DNA of 64,000 bases, from NCBI GenBank assembly GCA_963797095.1, contig CAWCNY010000006.1, positions 384,001 through 448,000 of the forward strand, read 5' to 3'. Under the pieces are notes generated by a model, which did not search any database, was not told the origin of the DNA, and saw only the letters and a list, made by a program, of their open reading frames with translations. The position numbers were made by a program, and so were the translations under genes. Shown here piece by piece: positions 50,284 to 59,808 of the stretch (positions are counted from its first letter, which is position 1; every line of letters starts with the position of its first letter). The DNA is from an uncultured Chloroflexia bacterium. GTDB taxonomy: Bacteria > Chloroflexota > Chloroflexia > QHBQ01 > JADMIH01.

Positions 50284-52869
50284 ATGAATATACCACCAAC
50301 CTTCACCTTACAACCCGCCACAGCTTCCCCCTCACTCACGCCCGCGCCCACCCACACCCACCCGCGAGCCTCCCATCCTCCAGGCCCCATCACCCTCCGT
50401 TTTGCAAGCGGTGGCAACGACGACAGGCCCACTATCGATGTCGAACGCCGCCGTCGCGACGACTCCTCTGGCAACCGTGAGCGTGCCGATGCACCACATC
50501 GCCGCCGTGACGACGCTTCCTCCCCGCCGCCCACCTCCGGCTCCTCCTCAGGTGGCGGCTGGACCCCTCCTTCCCTTCCCTCCACCACCTCCTCAGGCGG
50601 TGGCGGCGGCTCCATCCCCGGCGGCATGTCAGGTGTTGGCGTGATCGTACTCTTGATCATAATCGCCGTCGTCTATTTCTTATTCCAGGGCGGAACCGTT
50701 CCCACCGACGACAACAACCCCGATAACAACAACCCCCAACCCGCCGTCGTCTCCACTCCCACCCGCCTTGCCGTCCTCTCTACCCCTCGCCCTACCCGCA
50801 CTCCCGGCGGCCCCGACACAGGCGACAAATGGCTTGTCATGCTCTACCAGGACGCCGATGACCAGTCCCTTGAGCAAGACATATTCGTCGATATGAACGA
50901 AGCCGAGCGCGCAGGCTCCGACGATCACGTCCAGGTCGTCTCCCAGCTCGACCGCTACAAAGGTGCGTTCTCAGGCGACGGCAACTGGACTGGGGCCAGG
51001 CGCTACTACATAACCAAAGACGACGATCTCTCCAAGATCAACTCCAAGATGGTGGGCGACCTCGGCGAAGTAGACATGTCCGACCCCAACACTCTGGTAG
51101 ATTTCGCAACCTGGGCTATCAACACCTACCCAGCCGACAAATACGTCCTCATCCTCTCCGACCACGGCATGGGCTGGCCCGGCGGCTGGACCGACCCCAC
51201 CAGCGACAACAGATCGCTCCCCAACGTCCCACTCGCGAGTGCAGTGGACAACCAGATGTTCCTCTCCGACATAGACACCGCCCTCACCCACATACGCTCC
51301 AATACCGGCCTCGATAAGTTCGAGCTTGTCGGCCTTGATGCCTGCCTCATGAGCAGTCTCGAAGTGCTCGACGCTCTCGCCCCCAGCGCCCGCTACGCCG
51401 TTACCTCTCAGGAAACCGAGCCTTCCCTCGGCTGGGCCTATACCAGCTTCCTCGACTCCCTCAAATCCGATCCCACCATGAACGGCGGTGACCTCGCTCA
51501 AGACATTGTGGCAAGCTACATCAAAGACGACCAGCGTATCGTAGACGACCAGGCTCGCAACGATTTCGTGCGCGGTAATTCCCTATCGGGCGGCCTCTTC
51601 GGTGGCGCGCCCTCCGCCGACCAGGTTTCCCAGCAGCTATCCCGCGATGTCACCCTCACCGCCGTTGACCTCGGTGCTCTGCCACAACTAACTGCTGCCG
51701 TGAACGACCTAGCCTTCGATTTCCAGAAAGCCGACCAGCATTCGGTTTCCCAGGCTCGCCAATATGCTCAGCGCTATACAAACGTCTTCGGCGACAACTC
51801 CTCATCGCCCTACATCGATCTCGGCAATTTCCTCCAACTTCTCAAGCAGAAGAACCCATCCGCCACTGTCTCAGGCCAGATCGACAATGTCACCGCCGCC
51901 ATCGGCCAGGTTGTCCTCTCCGAAAAGCACGGCGCGGACAAGCCCGGTGCCACCGGCATCTCGATCTACTTTCCCACGTCCCAGCTTTACAGGTCCCCCG
52001 TGAGCGGGCCGCAATCCTACACCGGGATCGCCAATCGTTTCGCCTCCGACTCTCTCTGGGATAACTTCCTGACCTACTTCTACACCGGGCATACCTTCGA
52101 GAAATCCCCTTCCGTGGTTGGCATCCCCGGCACTTCCGATACCGTGGCCGCTCCCGCTGCCGGTGTGCAGGTCTCTGCCCTCACTGCCAGCGCCCAGGAA
52201 GTATCCATCGGCCAGACCGTCACCCTCAGCGCCGATGTCACCGGCCAGAATGTCGGCTACATCAAACTCTTCACCGGCTACCTTGACGAATCCGCCAACT
52301 CAATCGACATAGTCGATATGGACTACCTCGAAAGCAGCAACACCCGCCAGGTCAACGGTGTCTACTATCCCGATTGGGGCTCCGATGCCTTCACCGTCCG
52401 CTTCAAATGGGACCCAATCGTCTTCGGCATTACCGACGGCACAGACACCGTGCAGGCCCTCCTTACCCCACAAACCTACGGCGCTAGCTCCGCCGACGCC
52501 ATCTACACCGTTGACGGCACTCTCACATTCGCCAACGGCAGCCCCGACCGCTACGCTCGTCTCTACTTCAGAGATGGCGCTCTACAGCAGGTGATGGGCT
52601 TCGACGGGCAGGACGGCACAGGCGCTGCCAGCGCTATCAACCCGCAGAACGGCGATAAGTTCACTATCTATGAGAAATGGATGGACCTGGACTCTAATGG
52701 CAGCGTAACTCAGATCGCCAGTCAGGCGGGTGACACCCTCACCTTCGGCAGCCAATCTTTCACCTGGAAATCGCTCGATGCAGCCGCTGGTCAATATGTG
52801 GTCGGCTTCCTGGTCCAAGACCTGGACGGCAATCCCTACCCAACCTACGCCACCATCACCGTTCGCTAA
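50284..52869 (+). CDS. membrane-anchored clostripain (peptidase C11) family protein
   Basis: WLVMLY..AD..LE, EVDMSDP.TL, SDHGMGW, LDACLM; single TM after low-complexity N-terminus. Confidence 0.88.
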   Translation: MNIPPTFTLQPATASPSLTPAPTHTHPRASHPPGPITLRFASGGNDDRPTIDVERRRRDDSSGNRERADAPHRRRDDASSPPPTSGSSSGGGWTPPSLPSTTSSGGGGGSIPGGMSGVGVIVLLIIIAVVYFLFQGGTVPTDDNNPDNNNPQPAVVSTPTRLAVLSTPRPTRTPGGPDTGDKWLVMLYQDADDQSLEQDIFVDMNEAERAGSDDHVQVVSQLDRYKGAFSGDGNWTGARRYYITKDDDLSKINSKMVGDLGEVDMSDPNTLVDFATWAINTYPADKYVLILSDHGMGWPGGWTDPTSDNRSLPNVPLASAVDNQMFLSDIDTALTHIRSNTGLDKFELVGLDACLMSSLEVLDALAPSARYAVTSQETEPSLGWAYTSFLDSLKSDPTMNGGDLAQDIVASYIKDDQRIVDDQARNDFVRGNSLSGGLFGGAPSADQVSQQLSRDVTLTAVDLGALPQLTAAVNDLAFDFQKADQHSVSQARQYAQRYTNVFGDNSSSPYIDLGNFLQLLKQKNPSATVSGQIDNVTAAIGQVVLSEKHGADKPGATGISIYFPTSQLYRSPVSGPQSYTGIANRFASDSLWDNFLTYFYTGHTFEKSPSVVGIPGTSDTVAAPAAGVQVSALTASAQEVSIGQTVTLSADVTGQNVGYIKLFTGYLDESANSIDIVDMDYLESSNTRQVNGVYYPDWGSDAFTVRFKWDPIVFGITDGTDTVQALLTPQTYGASSADAIYTVDGTLTFANGSPDRYARLYFRDGALQQVMGFDGQDGTGAASAINPQNGDKFTIYEKWMDLDSNGSVTQIASQAGDTLTFGSQSFTWKSLDAAAGQYVVGFLVQDLDGNPYPTYATITVR

Positions 52870-52885
52870 CCTTCTCAAAATCGTG

Positions 52886-52924
52886 AGACAGAATTGGGGC
52901 CGCGAAGCGGCCCCAATTCTGTCT
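52886..52924. terminator. 18-bp hairpin between convergent genes
   Basis: AGACAGAATTGGGGCCGC-GAA-GCGGCCCCAATTCTGTCT. Confidence 0.8.
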
Positions 52925-53838
52925 TATTCTATATCTCCCGCTAATACCCGCCGCTCTCTCCCATCCCGTGCTCTAATAATGAGCGCTCCGTCCGTCTCCA
53001 CCCGCACGGCCACCCCGTCGATCCGCTCGTTCCCCTGGTCTACCAATACGGGCCGTCCTATCGTCTCCATTTTGCTGGCCCATTCCTCGTACACGCTCCC
53101 GAACTTCCCATTGTGCAAAGACAAATACAGACTTTCAAGCTCCTCCAGGATTCGCGCCAGCAATCTCACCCTGTCTATTTCCATCCCTGTTTCTGCCGAT
53201 AGCGAGGTGGCCTTCGGCGCGAAGGCTCGCAGCCTCTCAAGCTCTCCCCCCGACAGGTTCACATTTATGCCAAATCCCACTATAGCAAAGCCCCAATCAC
53301 CCCCAACGAACTCCCCTTCACTCAGTACCCCCGCCACCTTCTTTCCCTTGACCATCACATCGTTGGGCCACTTGATCGCCGACAACAGCCTGCGCGAGGT
53401 CACTCGCCCCTCTGCCTGTGTAGCATTCCCCGGCCCACCATCCACCGTCCTTCGTCCACCGTCCTTCGTCCTCCCCCTATCGTCTATCGTCCATCGTCCA
53501 TCATCCTCGCTTATCTCGCGCACCCCCCGCAAGATCGCCAGCGAAGCGGCTATAGTCAGGTAGAAGGCTTGCTGAGGCGAGATGCGTGGCCGCAACAGCA
53601 CCGAACAAAGTATGCTGCTCCCCGGCGGTGCGGCCCATGTACGCCCAAGCCTGCCCCTCCCCTGGGCCTGCTCCTCGGCCAGCACCACCAGCCCTTCCGA
53701 TTCACCCCTGCGGCCTGCTGCGCGCACAAGGTCGTTCGTTGAGCCTACCTGCCGGTGCAACTCGATCTTCCTCCCCACGAAGATCGTTCCCAATCTGGCC
53801 TGTATACCCTCGACTGTGTACTCTTGTTCCTGTTCCAT
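52924..53838 (-). CDS. birA: biotin-protein ligase with repeat-derived insertion
   Basis: STND, GRGRLGR.W, KWPND, KVAGVL, GINVN. Confidence 0.93.
   Translation of the reverse strand: MEQEQEYTVEGIQARLGTIFVGRKIELHRQVGSTNDLVRAAGRRGESEGLVVLAEEQAQGRGRLGRTWAAPPGSSILCSVLLRPRISPQQAFYLTIAASLAILRGVREISEDDGRWTIDDRGRTKDGGRRTVDGGPGNATQAEGRVTSRRLLSAIKWPNDVMVKGKKVAGVLSEGEFVGGDWGFAIVGFGINVNLSGGELERLRAFAPKATSLSAETGMEIDRVRLLARILEELESLYLSLHNGKFGSVYEEWASKMETIGRPVLVDQGNERIDGVAVRVETDGALIIRARDGRERRVLAGDIE
53439..53508 (+). repeat. Ten degenerate CGTCCAT-type heptamers inside birA
   Basis: catccac cgtcctt cgtccac cgtcctt cgtcctc cccctat cgtctat cgtccat cgtccat catcctc. Confidence 0.88.
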
Positions 53839-53850
53839 CCCCGGATTCCC

Positions 53851-54492
53851 CTATCCACCGAATGTTAGCACTTCCTTTCCCCTCAATCGATCTTCGATCC
53901 GCCCGGCAATAATGTCAAGGTGCTCAGGCTTCTGCACGAAATCCATCTCATCCGTGGCGATGGTCAGTACCGGACACAGATTGAACCCCGCCACCCACTC
54001 GTCGTACAGGTCGTTCAACCGCTCCAAATACTCCCCGCTGATAGCCCGCTCGAAATCACGTCCACGTATGTCTATCCGCTGCAAAAGCGTATCCACCGAA
54101 GCCTGCAAATAGACCACCAGGTTCGGCGGTGGCAAAAGCAGCGCCACCGACCTGTACAGGTCCCAATAAGATGCCCAATCGCGCTCGGTGATCAGCCCCT
54201 GCCTGTACAGGTTCCGAGCGAATATCTCCGCGTCCTCATACACCGTCCTGTCCTGCAAAACCGAGGTTGGGTGCTCCATAAGCGCCCTGTGGTCGTGCAG
54301 TCTCCGTGCCAGAAAGAACACCTGCGAGTGAAAGCTCCAAGCCTTCATATCCGCATAGAAATCGGCCAGGTATGGGTTCTCAACCACCGCCTCCAGGAAC
54401 GGTTCCCAGCCCAACCGCTCGGCCAGCAATGTCGTCAGGCTCGATTTGCCCACCCCGATGTTGCCCGCCACCGCCACGAAATATTTGCTCAT
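53851..54492 (-). CDS. deoxynucleoside kinase
   Basis: GNIGVGKS, NPYL.DFY, QDRTVYED, RGRDFE. Confidence 0.93.
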   Translation of the reverse strand: MSKYFVAVAGNIGVGKSSLTTLLAERLGWEPFLEAVVENPYLADFYADMKAWSFHSQVFFLARRLHDHRALMEHPTSVLQDRTVYEDAEIFARNLYRQGLITERDWASYWDLYRSVALLLPPPNLVVYLQASVDTLLQRIDIRGRDFERAISGEYLERLNDLYDEWVAGFNLCPVLTIATDEMDFVQKPEHLDIIAGRIEDRLRGKEVLTFGG

Positions 54493-54935
54493 GCCTTCAA
54501 TTCAAATCCATAAGGAAGCAGCTCTCGTAAAGTCTTCACCAGCCTTTTGTCCCACCTCTCCGGCGAATTGATCATAATCACGCGCAACTCGCCAGCCTTC
54601 CGGTCGTCCAGCCTCGCCTCCTGTGCGTACATCTCGCTCAACAATTGCCTGCACATACCGCACGGCCTGCAAGGCGCGTCCCCCGTTCCCACCACCGCTA
54701 TAGCCATGAAATCGGCCCATGCCTGCCCGTCGCTGATCGCCTTCCCTACCGCTACCCGCTCCGCGCACATCCCCGATGGATAAGCCTGGTTCTCCACGTT
54801 ACACCCCGTGTAGATCTTCCCATCCCGCGTTAGCAGCGCTGCTCCCACCTTGTAATTAGAATAAGGCGCGTATGCGTGCTCTCGCGCCGCGATCGCTTCC
54901 GTGAGCAGTACGTCATCAGCCATCTCATCAATCAT
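54489..54935 (-). CDS. cdd: cytidine deaminase
   Basis: AYAPYS, GCNVEN, CAER, PCGMCRQ. Confidence 0.93.
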   Translation of the reverse strand: MIDEMADDVLLTEAIAAREHAYAPYSNYKVGAALLTRDGKIYTGCNVENQAYPSGMCAERVAVGKAISDGQAWADFMAIAVVGTGDAPCRPCGMCRQLLSEMYAQEARLDDRKAGELRVIMINSPERWDKRLVKTLRELLPYGFELKA

Positions 54936-56214
54936 AAACAGTATCCTCGTCGTCTTCCTGGGGTGTACTACGCACAATCGAAAGTTGCTTGAGCCTCGCG
55001 CCCTCGGTGCTCATAACGCTGATCATATAGTCCCCAATCGTGACGGTATCGCCCGGTGTGGGTATCCTGCCCAATTGCTCGTATACAAACCCCCCTATAG
55101 TATCCGAGTCTTCGGCTTCCCAGTTCGTGCCAAGCAACTCGTTCATGTCGTCCAAAGGCAATCGAGCATCGACCGTAAATTGATTCTCATTGACCCGCTC
55201 GTACATCTGCGGCTCCACGTCATACTCGTCCTGTATCTCCCCCACGATCTCCTCGATCAGATCCTCAATAGTGACCAACCCTGCTGTGCCCCCATATTCA
55301 TCCACTACCACCGCCATGTGCATCCGCCGCTTTTGCAGGTCCTTGAGCAGCTCATCCACCTTCTTCGTTTCGGGCACATAATATATAGGCCGCATCACCT
55401 TCATAACTGTCTGTTTGCCGTCGCCATTCCTCATCATCTTCATCATGTCGAGCGCAGTCACCACTCCCGCCACCGTGTCTATAGTCTCCTTGTAGATCGG
55501 CAGGCGTGTATGCCCCGTGTGCACCGCCCTATCCGCTGCTTCCTCTATAGTAGTCGTGTCTTCCACCGCAATAATGTACGGGCGCGGCACCATTACCTCC
55601 CTCACCACCGTATCCCCGAACTCGAATATCGAGTGGATCAGGTCTTCCTCTTCCTGCTGGATCACTCCCTCCTTCTCCCCGACATCCACCAGCATACGCA
55701 TCTCTTCCTGGGTCACGAATGGCCCCGCCGGTGCTGTTCTTCCTCCCAGCAGCCTCACGAAAGGTATTGCTACCCACGCTGCCACCGTTACAAGTGGCGT
55801 AACTACCCTCCGGATCCAGTTGATCGGTCCGTACAGGATCAGCGCCGTGCGCTCAGGGTTCCGCACCGCGAGCGCCTTTGGTACTGCTATCCCGAACACC
55901 AGCACCACCACCGCTGCTGCCACTACCGCCAGCAGATGCGCCCACCACTCGCTGAGCGCGTGTGAAGCGTACAGCGCCAGCGACCCTATGGCTAGCAGAC
56001 TGATTGTATTGACGAAAACCAGGGTGGACGGAAAGCGTTGGGGATTATCGAGTAAGTCCTTGATCGCCTGGGCGCGGGGTACTCCCCCCTCCATCAATTG
56101 CCTCAACCGCAAGGCCGATATGTTAGTGAGAGCGGTCTGCACCGCCGACGCCAGCGCGATCAAAAAGAGGCATAGCAATGCTATTAGCAATGCTATCCAA
56201 CTGTCAGCCTCCAA
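54928..56214 (-). CDS. hemolysin/CNNM family CBS-CorC domain protein
   Basis: N-terminal TMs, VREVMVPR, VVDEYGGTAGLVTIEDLIEEIVGEIQDEYD. Confidence 0.93.
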   Translation of the reverse strand: MEADSWIALLIALLCLFLIALASAVQTALTNISALRLRQLMEGGVPRAQAIKDLLDNPQRFPSTLVFVNTISLLAIGSLALYASHALSEWWAHLLAVVAAAVVVLVFGIAVPKALAVRNPERTALILYGPINWIRRVVTPLVTVAAWVAIPFVRLLGGRTAPAGPFVTQEEMRMLVDVGEKEGVIQQEEEDLIHSIFEFGDTVVREVMVPRPYIIAVEDTTTIEEAADRAVHTGHTRLPIYKETIDTVAGVVTALDMMKMMRNGDGKQTVMKVMRPIYYVPETKKVDELLKDLQKRRMHMAVVVDEYGGTAGLVTIEDLIEEIVGEIQDEYDVEPQMYERVNENQFTVDARLPLDDMNELLGTNWEAEDSDTIGGFVYEQLGRIPTPGDTVTIGDYMISVMSTEGARLKQLSIVRSTPQEDDEDTVYD

Positions 56215-56243
56215 TAAGATGTGGAACTCCTACTAATAACCAT

Positions 56244-56312
56244 GTTATGAGTTGCGGCCCATGAACCTCGTACTGACAACTACCCTGAAATCCATCGCCC
56301 GCAACTCATAAC
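56244..56312. repeat. 14-bp inverted repeat with 41-bp spacer between prs and hemolysin gene
   Basis: GTTATGAGTTGCGG ... CCGCAACTCATAAC. Confidence 0.8.
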
Positions 56313-57259
56313 TACCGGAAGAGCGCGCTTACCGAGCGGTCTTCATGTATGTGAAGGATGGCGTCCGCGACCAGGTTAGCCACGCTTATCACTTCGATCT
56401 TGCTGCCGTCGTAGTGGTCTCCGTTACGCAGTGGTATCGTGTCGCTCACAAGCACCCTGGTGAAAGGCGATCCCTCCAGCCTCTCGCGAGTGTCGGGTGC
56501 GAACGCCGCATGTGTGGCGAAAGCATATACCGCGCTCGCCCCTCTGCTGATCAACATCCGCGCTGCCTCCACCAGCGTACCTCCCGTCATGATCATATCA
56601 TCGATCAGGAGCGCCGTCTTGTTGCGCACGTTGCCCACCATCTCCACAGCATACGATTTATCCGCCTCCGGCCTCTGCTTGGCGATCAGCGCCAGGTCGG
56701 CGTGGCTCCCCAGCCGGTCCCGTACCTCCATCGCCCACCCCACCCTGCCGGAGTCGGGAGCGACCACCACCGGGTTGGGCAGGTCAAGCTCGCGGCATCT
56801 TTCTGCCAGCAATCGCCGGCCCTGCAAATGGTCCACCGGGATATTGAAGAACCCCTCGATAGCTGGAGCGTGCAGGTCACAGGTCAATATCCGTTGCGCC
56901 CCGGCGGTTTGCAACAGGTCGGCCACCAGCTTCGCCGTGATCGGCTCGCGCGGTCTGCTCTTCTTCTCCTGCTTCGCATAGCCATAATACGGGATCACGG
57001 CGGTTATCCGAGATGCAGACGCGCGTTTGATCGCGTCTATCATAATAAGCAATTCCATGAGATTGTGGTTCGCGGGATCGCATGTCGGCTGGATCACAAA
57101 CACATCCGCCCCACGCACATTCTCCTCGACAAGCACCCGCGTTTCGCCGTTTCGATACTTATCAACGAGGGCCGCGCCCAACGGTACGCCCAGATGGTTC
57201 GCTATAGACTGAGCAAGCGCAGGGTGCGCATTGCCCGAAAACACCCGCAGTTCTCTCAT
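56312..57259 (-). CDS. prs: ribose-phosphate pyrophosphokinase
   Basis: PYYGYAKQ, DLHA..I.GFF, LIDDMIMTGGT. Confidence 0.96.
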   Translation of the reverse strand: MRELRVFSGNAHPALAQSIANHLGVPLGAALVDKYRNGETRVLVEENVRGADVFVIQPTCDPANHNLMELLIMIDAIKRASASRITAVIPYYGYAKQEKKSRPREPITAKLVADLLQTAGAQRILTCDLHAPAIEGFFNIPVDHLQGRRLLAERCRELDLPNPVVVAPDSGRVGWAMEVRDRLGSHADLALIAKQRPEADKSYAVEMVGNVRNKTALLIDDMIMTGGTLVEAARMLISRGASAVYAFATHAAFAPDTRERLEGSPFTRVLVSDTIPLRNGDHYDGSKIEVISVANLVADAILHIHEDRSVSALFR

Positions 57260-57313
57260 CCCTGGCGCCTCCTTTGCCGTACAGTGAGCAACAACTGTCG
57301 AGCCTGCCCTTTC

Positions 57314-57345
57314 TCACTCGTTACTCGTCACTCGTCACTCGTCAC
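57314..57345 (+). repeat. (TYACTCG)x4 heptamers at glmU 3' end
   Basis: Contains the glmU stop codon. Confidence 0.85.
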
Positions 57346-58785
57346 GTCCAACTTCTTTATCACTCGTGCGGGTACGCCCACCGCAAGGCTATGGGGAGGG
57401 ATGTCTTTTGTCACCACTGCGCCTGCGCCTGTCGCGGCTCCATCGCCTATCTCCCTCGGGGCCACGATCATTGTGTCCACACTGATGAAAACATCCTTTC
57501 CTATCTTGGTCTTATTCTTTCGCTTCGTTGCCCTATCGTAGTTTGCAGTTATCGTGCCAGCGCCTATATTAGTGTTCTCTCCTATACTAGCGTCACCCAG
57601 GTAGCTCATGTGCCCAGAATGTACCCCGCGCTCCAGCCGCGACGCTTTCACCTCCACGAAGTTCCCCAGGTGCACCTCCTCCGCAAGGTACGTGCCTGGC
57701 CGCAGGTGGCTGTAAGGTCCAACCGTCACCTTCTGTTCGATTACACTTTCCTCGACCATAGATGACACTATCCGGCATTCATCGCCCACACTAGAATCTA
57801 TTATATGCGTGTTCGGCCCAAGAGTGCACCCGCGCCCAACTTCTGTCTTGCCCTCCAGGATCACCCCCGGATAAAGCACCGTATCCGGTCCCACCTGCAC
57901 ATCCATACCCAGGTACACCGTGTCAGGCATCATCATCGTTACCCCTCTCTCGAGGAGGTTCTGCCGCAGCCTTCCCTGCACCAGGTGCTCGGCCTGGGCC
58001 AGTTGGTTGCGGCTGTTGATCCCCATCGCCTCCTCAAGGCCGTCCTGGGTGAAGGTGATAACGTTGCTTTGCCCGCCGATCTGCCCTCCCCGTCCTGCTC
58101 CCCCCATACCCCCCAGCGACCTACCCTCCCGGATCGCCATCGCGATCAAATCGGTCAGGTAGTATTCGCCCACAGGGTTCATCTGGATGCGAGCAAGGTG
58201 CTGCCACAGCCACTCCGAGTCGAACACATACACGCCACTATTCACCTCCGAGATAGCGCGCTGTACAAGCGTGGCGTCCTTCTCCTCCACTACCTCGATC
58301 ACTCGCTGGTTGGCATCGCGCACCACGCGCCCATAGCCTGTGGGATCGACAGCAATGCACGTCAGCATAGTCAGCTTGGCGTGCCCTTGTCTGTGCCGTG
58401 CCACCATTGCGCTCAATGTAGCCGTGCGCAATAGTGGTGCATCCCCGTATAGGAGCAAGATCGCCCCGCGAAAATTCTTGAGCAGTGGCGCGGCCATATT
58501 CGCCGCGTGGCCCGTCCCAAGCTGCTCTTCCTGGTGCGCGTACTCAATCGCGAGGCTATCATCGGGGCCATAGCGGTCCCCGATCACAGCACGAACCTGG
58601 TCGGCTTTATGCCCGACCACCATCACCGTATGTGTTGGATTGAGTGGAGCGAGCGCGCGCAAAACATGTTCGGCCAGTGGCAATCCTGCCAGGCGGTGCA
58701 GGACCTTGGGTTCCTGCGATACCATCCGCTTGCCGAGACCTGCCGCAAGGATGATCACCGCAAGCGGCTGGCTCTGGCTTTCCAT
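57328..58785 (-). CDS. glmU: bifunctional GlcNAc-1-P uridyltransferase/acetyltransferase
   Basis: [51 protein letters not shown]. Confidence 0.96.
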   Translation of the reverse strand: MESQSQPLAVIILAAGLGKRMVSQEPKVLHRLAGLPLAEHVLRALAPLNPTHTVMVVGHKADQVRAVIGDRYGPDDSLAIEYAHQEEQLGTGHAANMAAPLLKNFRGAILLLYGDAPLLRTATLSAMVARHRQGHAKLTMLTCIAVDPTGYGRVVRDANQRVIEVVEEKDATLVQRAISEVNSGVYVFDSEWLWQHLARIQMNPVGEYYLTDLIAMAIREGRSLGGMGGAGRGGQIGGQSNVITFTQDGLEEAMGINSRNQLAQAEHLVQGRLRQNLLERGVTMMMPDTVYLGMDVQVGPDTVLYPGVILEGKTEVGRGCTLGPNTHIIDSSVGDECRIVSSMVEESVIEQKVTVGPYSHLRPGTYLAEEVHLGNFVEVKASRLERGVHSGHMSYLGDASIGENTNIGAGTITANYDRATKRKNKTKIGKDVFISVDTMIVAPREIGDGAATGAGAVVTKDIPPHSLAVGVPARVIKKLDVTSDE

Positions 58786-58845
58786 AGCGCGTTTGCTCCC
58801 TTCAAAGAGAGTAATGTTTGGCGAATACAGGGTGGGGGTAGCAGT

Positions 58846-58874
58846 ATACTAGCGTATCATCAACCTCGTGTCAA
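58846..58874 (-). promoter_or_regulatory. probable promoter of glmU operon
   Basis: TTGACA-17 bp-TAGTAT on minus strand. Confidence 0.5.
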
Positions 58875-58900
58875 GCGAATTCAAGGCGAAACATCCCACT

Positions 58901-58963
58901 CGAATAAGCAATACGCAATACGCAGTATCCACCAACCACTCATCACTCGTCACTCGTCACTCG
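58901..58963 (+). repeat. Heptamer repeats (GCAATAC-type then TCACTCG-type)
   Basis: Read directly, just beyond the ferritin stop. Confidence 0.8.
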
Positions 58964-58966
58964 CTA

Positions 58967-59467
58967 CTACGTCGCCCCTTCAACCCGTTTTCCCAACTCC
59001 ATATCCAGCATCAGCAGTGCGGCTTGGTTATCGCCCACCATCTTCAGTTGGTCGATCAACAACTGCGCGTTCTTCTCCTCTTCCACCTGCTCGTTGATGA
59101 ACCATTGGAGCATCACCTGCGCCGGATAATCCCCTTCGCTAACCGCCAACTCATACAGCTTGTTGATCAGCCCGGTCACCCGTACCTCGTGCTCAAGCGC
59201 CTTCTCCACGATCTGAAGAGGAGTGCCGTAATCCGACGGCGGTCCCTCGATGGTCTGCAACTTGACCTTCCCACCTCTATCAAGGATGAAGTCATAGATC
59301 TTCTGCGCGTGCTCGCGCTCTTCATCGCTCTGCAAAGCATACCAGTGCGCGAAACCCGTCAGCCCAATGGTCTGGCAGTAAGCCGACACCGCGTAATAAA
59401 CGTAAGCCGAGTATAGTTCGTGCTTGATCTGGTCGTTCAGCGCATCCTGCACTTTTTGGTTGAGCAT
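58967..59467 (-). CDS. ftnA: non-heme ferritin
   Basis: LNDQIKHELYSAY.Y, EEREHA, LQWFINEQVEEE; AGGAGG RBS before ATG 59467. Confidence 0.92.
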   Translation of the reverse strand: MLNQKVQDALNDQIKHELYSAYVYYAVSAYCQTIGLTGFAHWYALQSDEEREHAQKIYDFILDRGGKVKLQTIEGPPSDYGTPLQIVEKALEHEVRVTGLINKLYELAVSEGDYPAQVMLQWFINEQVEEEKNAQLLIDQLKMVGDNQAALLMLDMELGKRVEGAT

Positions 59468-59638
59468 AAATGCCTCCTGAAATAGTATCCCCTCACATTG
59501 TATCACAAAGCGGGTCACGCCTTGTGCTTGCCTCACTGCTCCCGCCGTCCACGGCCACTTTTGCACATCCCTTCTTCATCCTGGCATGCTGAAGTAACTT
59601 CGTCCTCCCCTGTGCTCATTTCTGCGACTGTTTGACTA

Positions 59639-59667
59639 TTGACGTTACCCCCGTCCTCTGCTAAAAT
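59639..59667 (+). promoter_or_regulatory. sigma70-type promoter of S8 protease
   Basis: TTGACG-17 bp-TAAAAT with extended TG. Confidence 0.6.
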
Positions 59668-59808
59668 CGGGCCACTACTGTGTGCGCGCACCCCTTTGGC
59701 GCGCAGTTTCACCGTCCCGACTGCAATCGATTTCTTTCTATTGTAAGGTTGGGGCGTAGCCGCATTCAATCCCAGGTGGGAGCAAGGAAAAGAGAGGAGA
59801 ATCACCCC

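Noticed and set aside
3782-59808. Extended N-termini in the ORF track (1714, 2751, 3782, 7044, 10658, 42120, 59566, 59680)
   Set aside because: Downstream ATGs mostly have RBSs and match family starts; the extensions overlap other genes or leaders.
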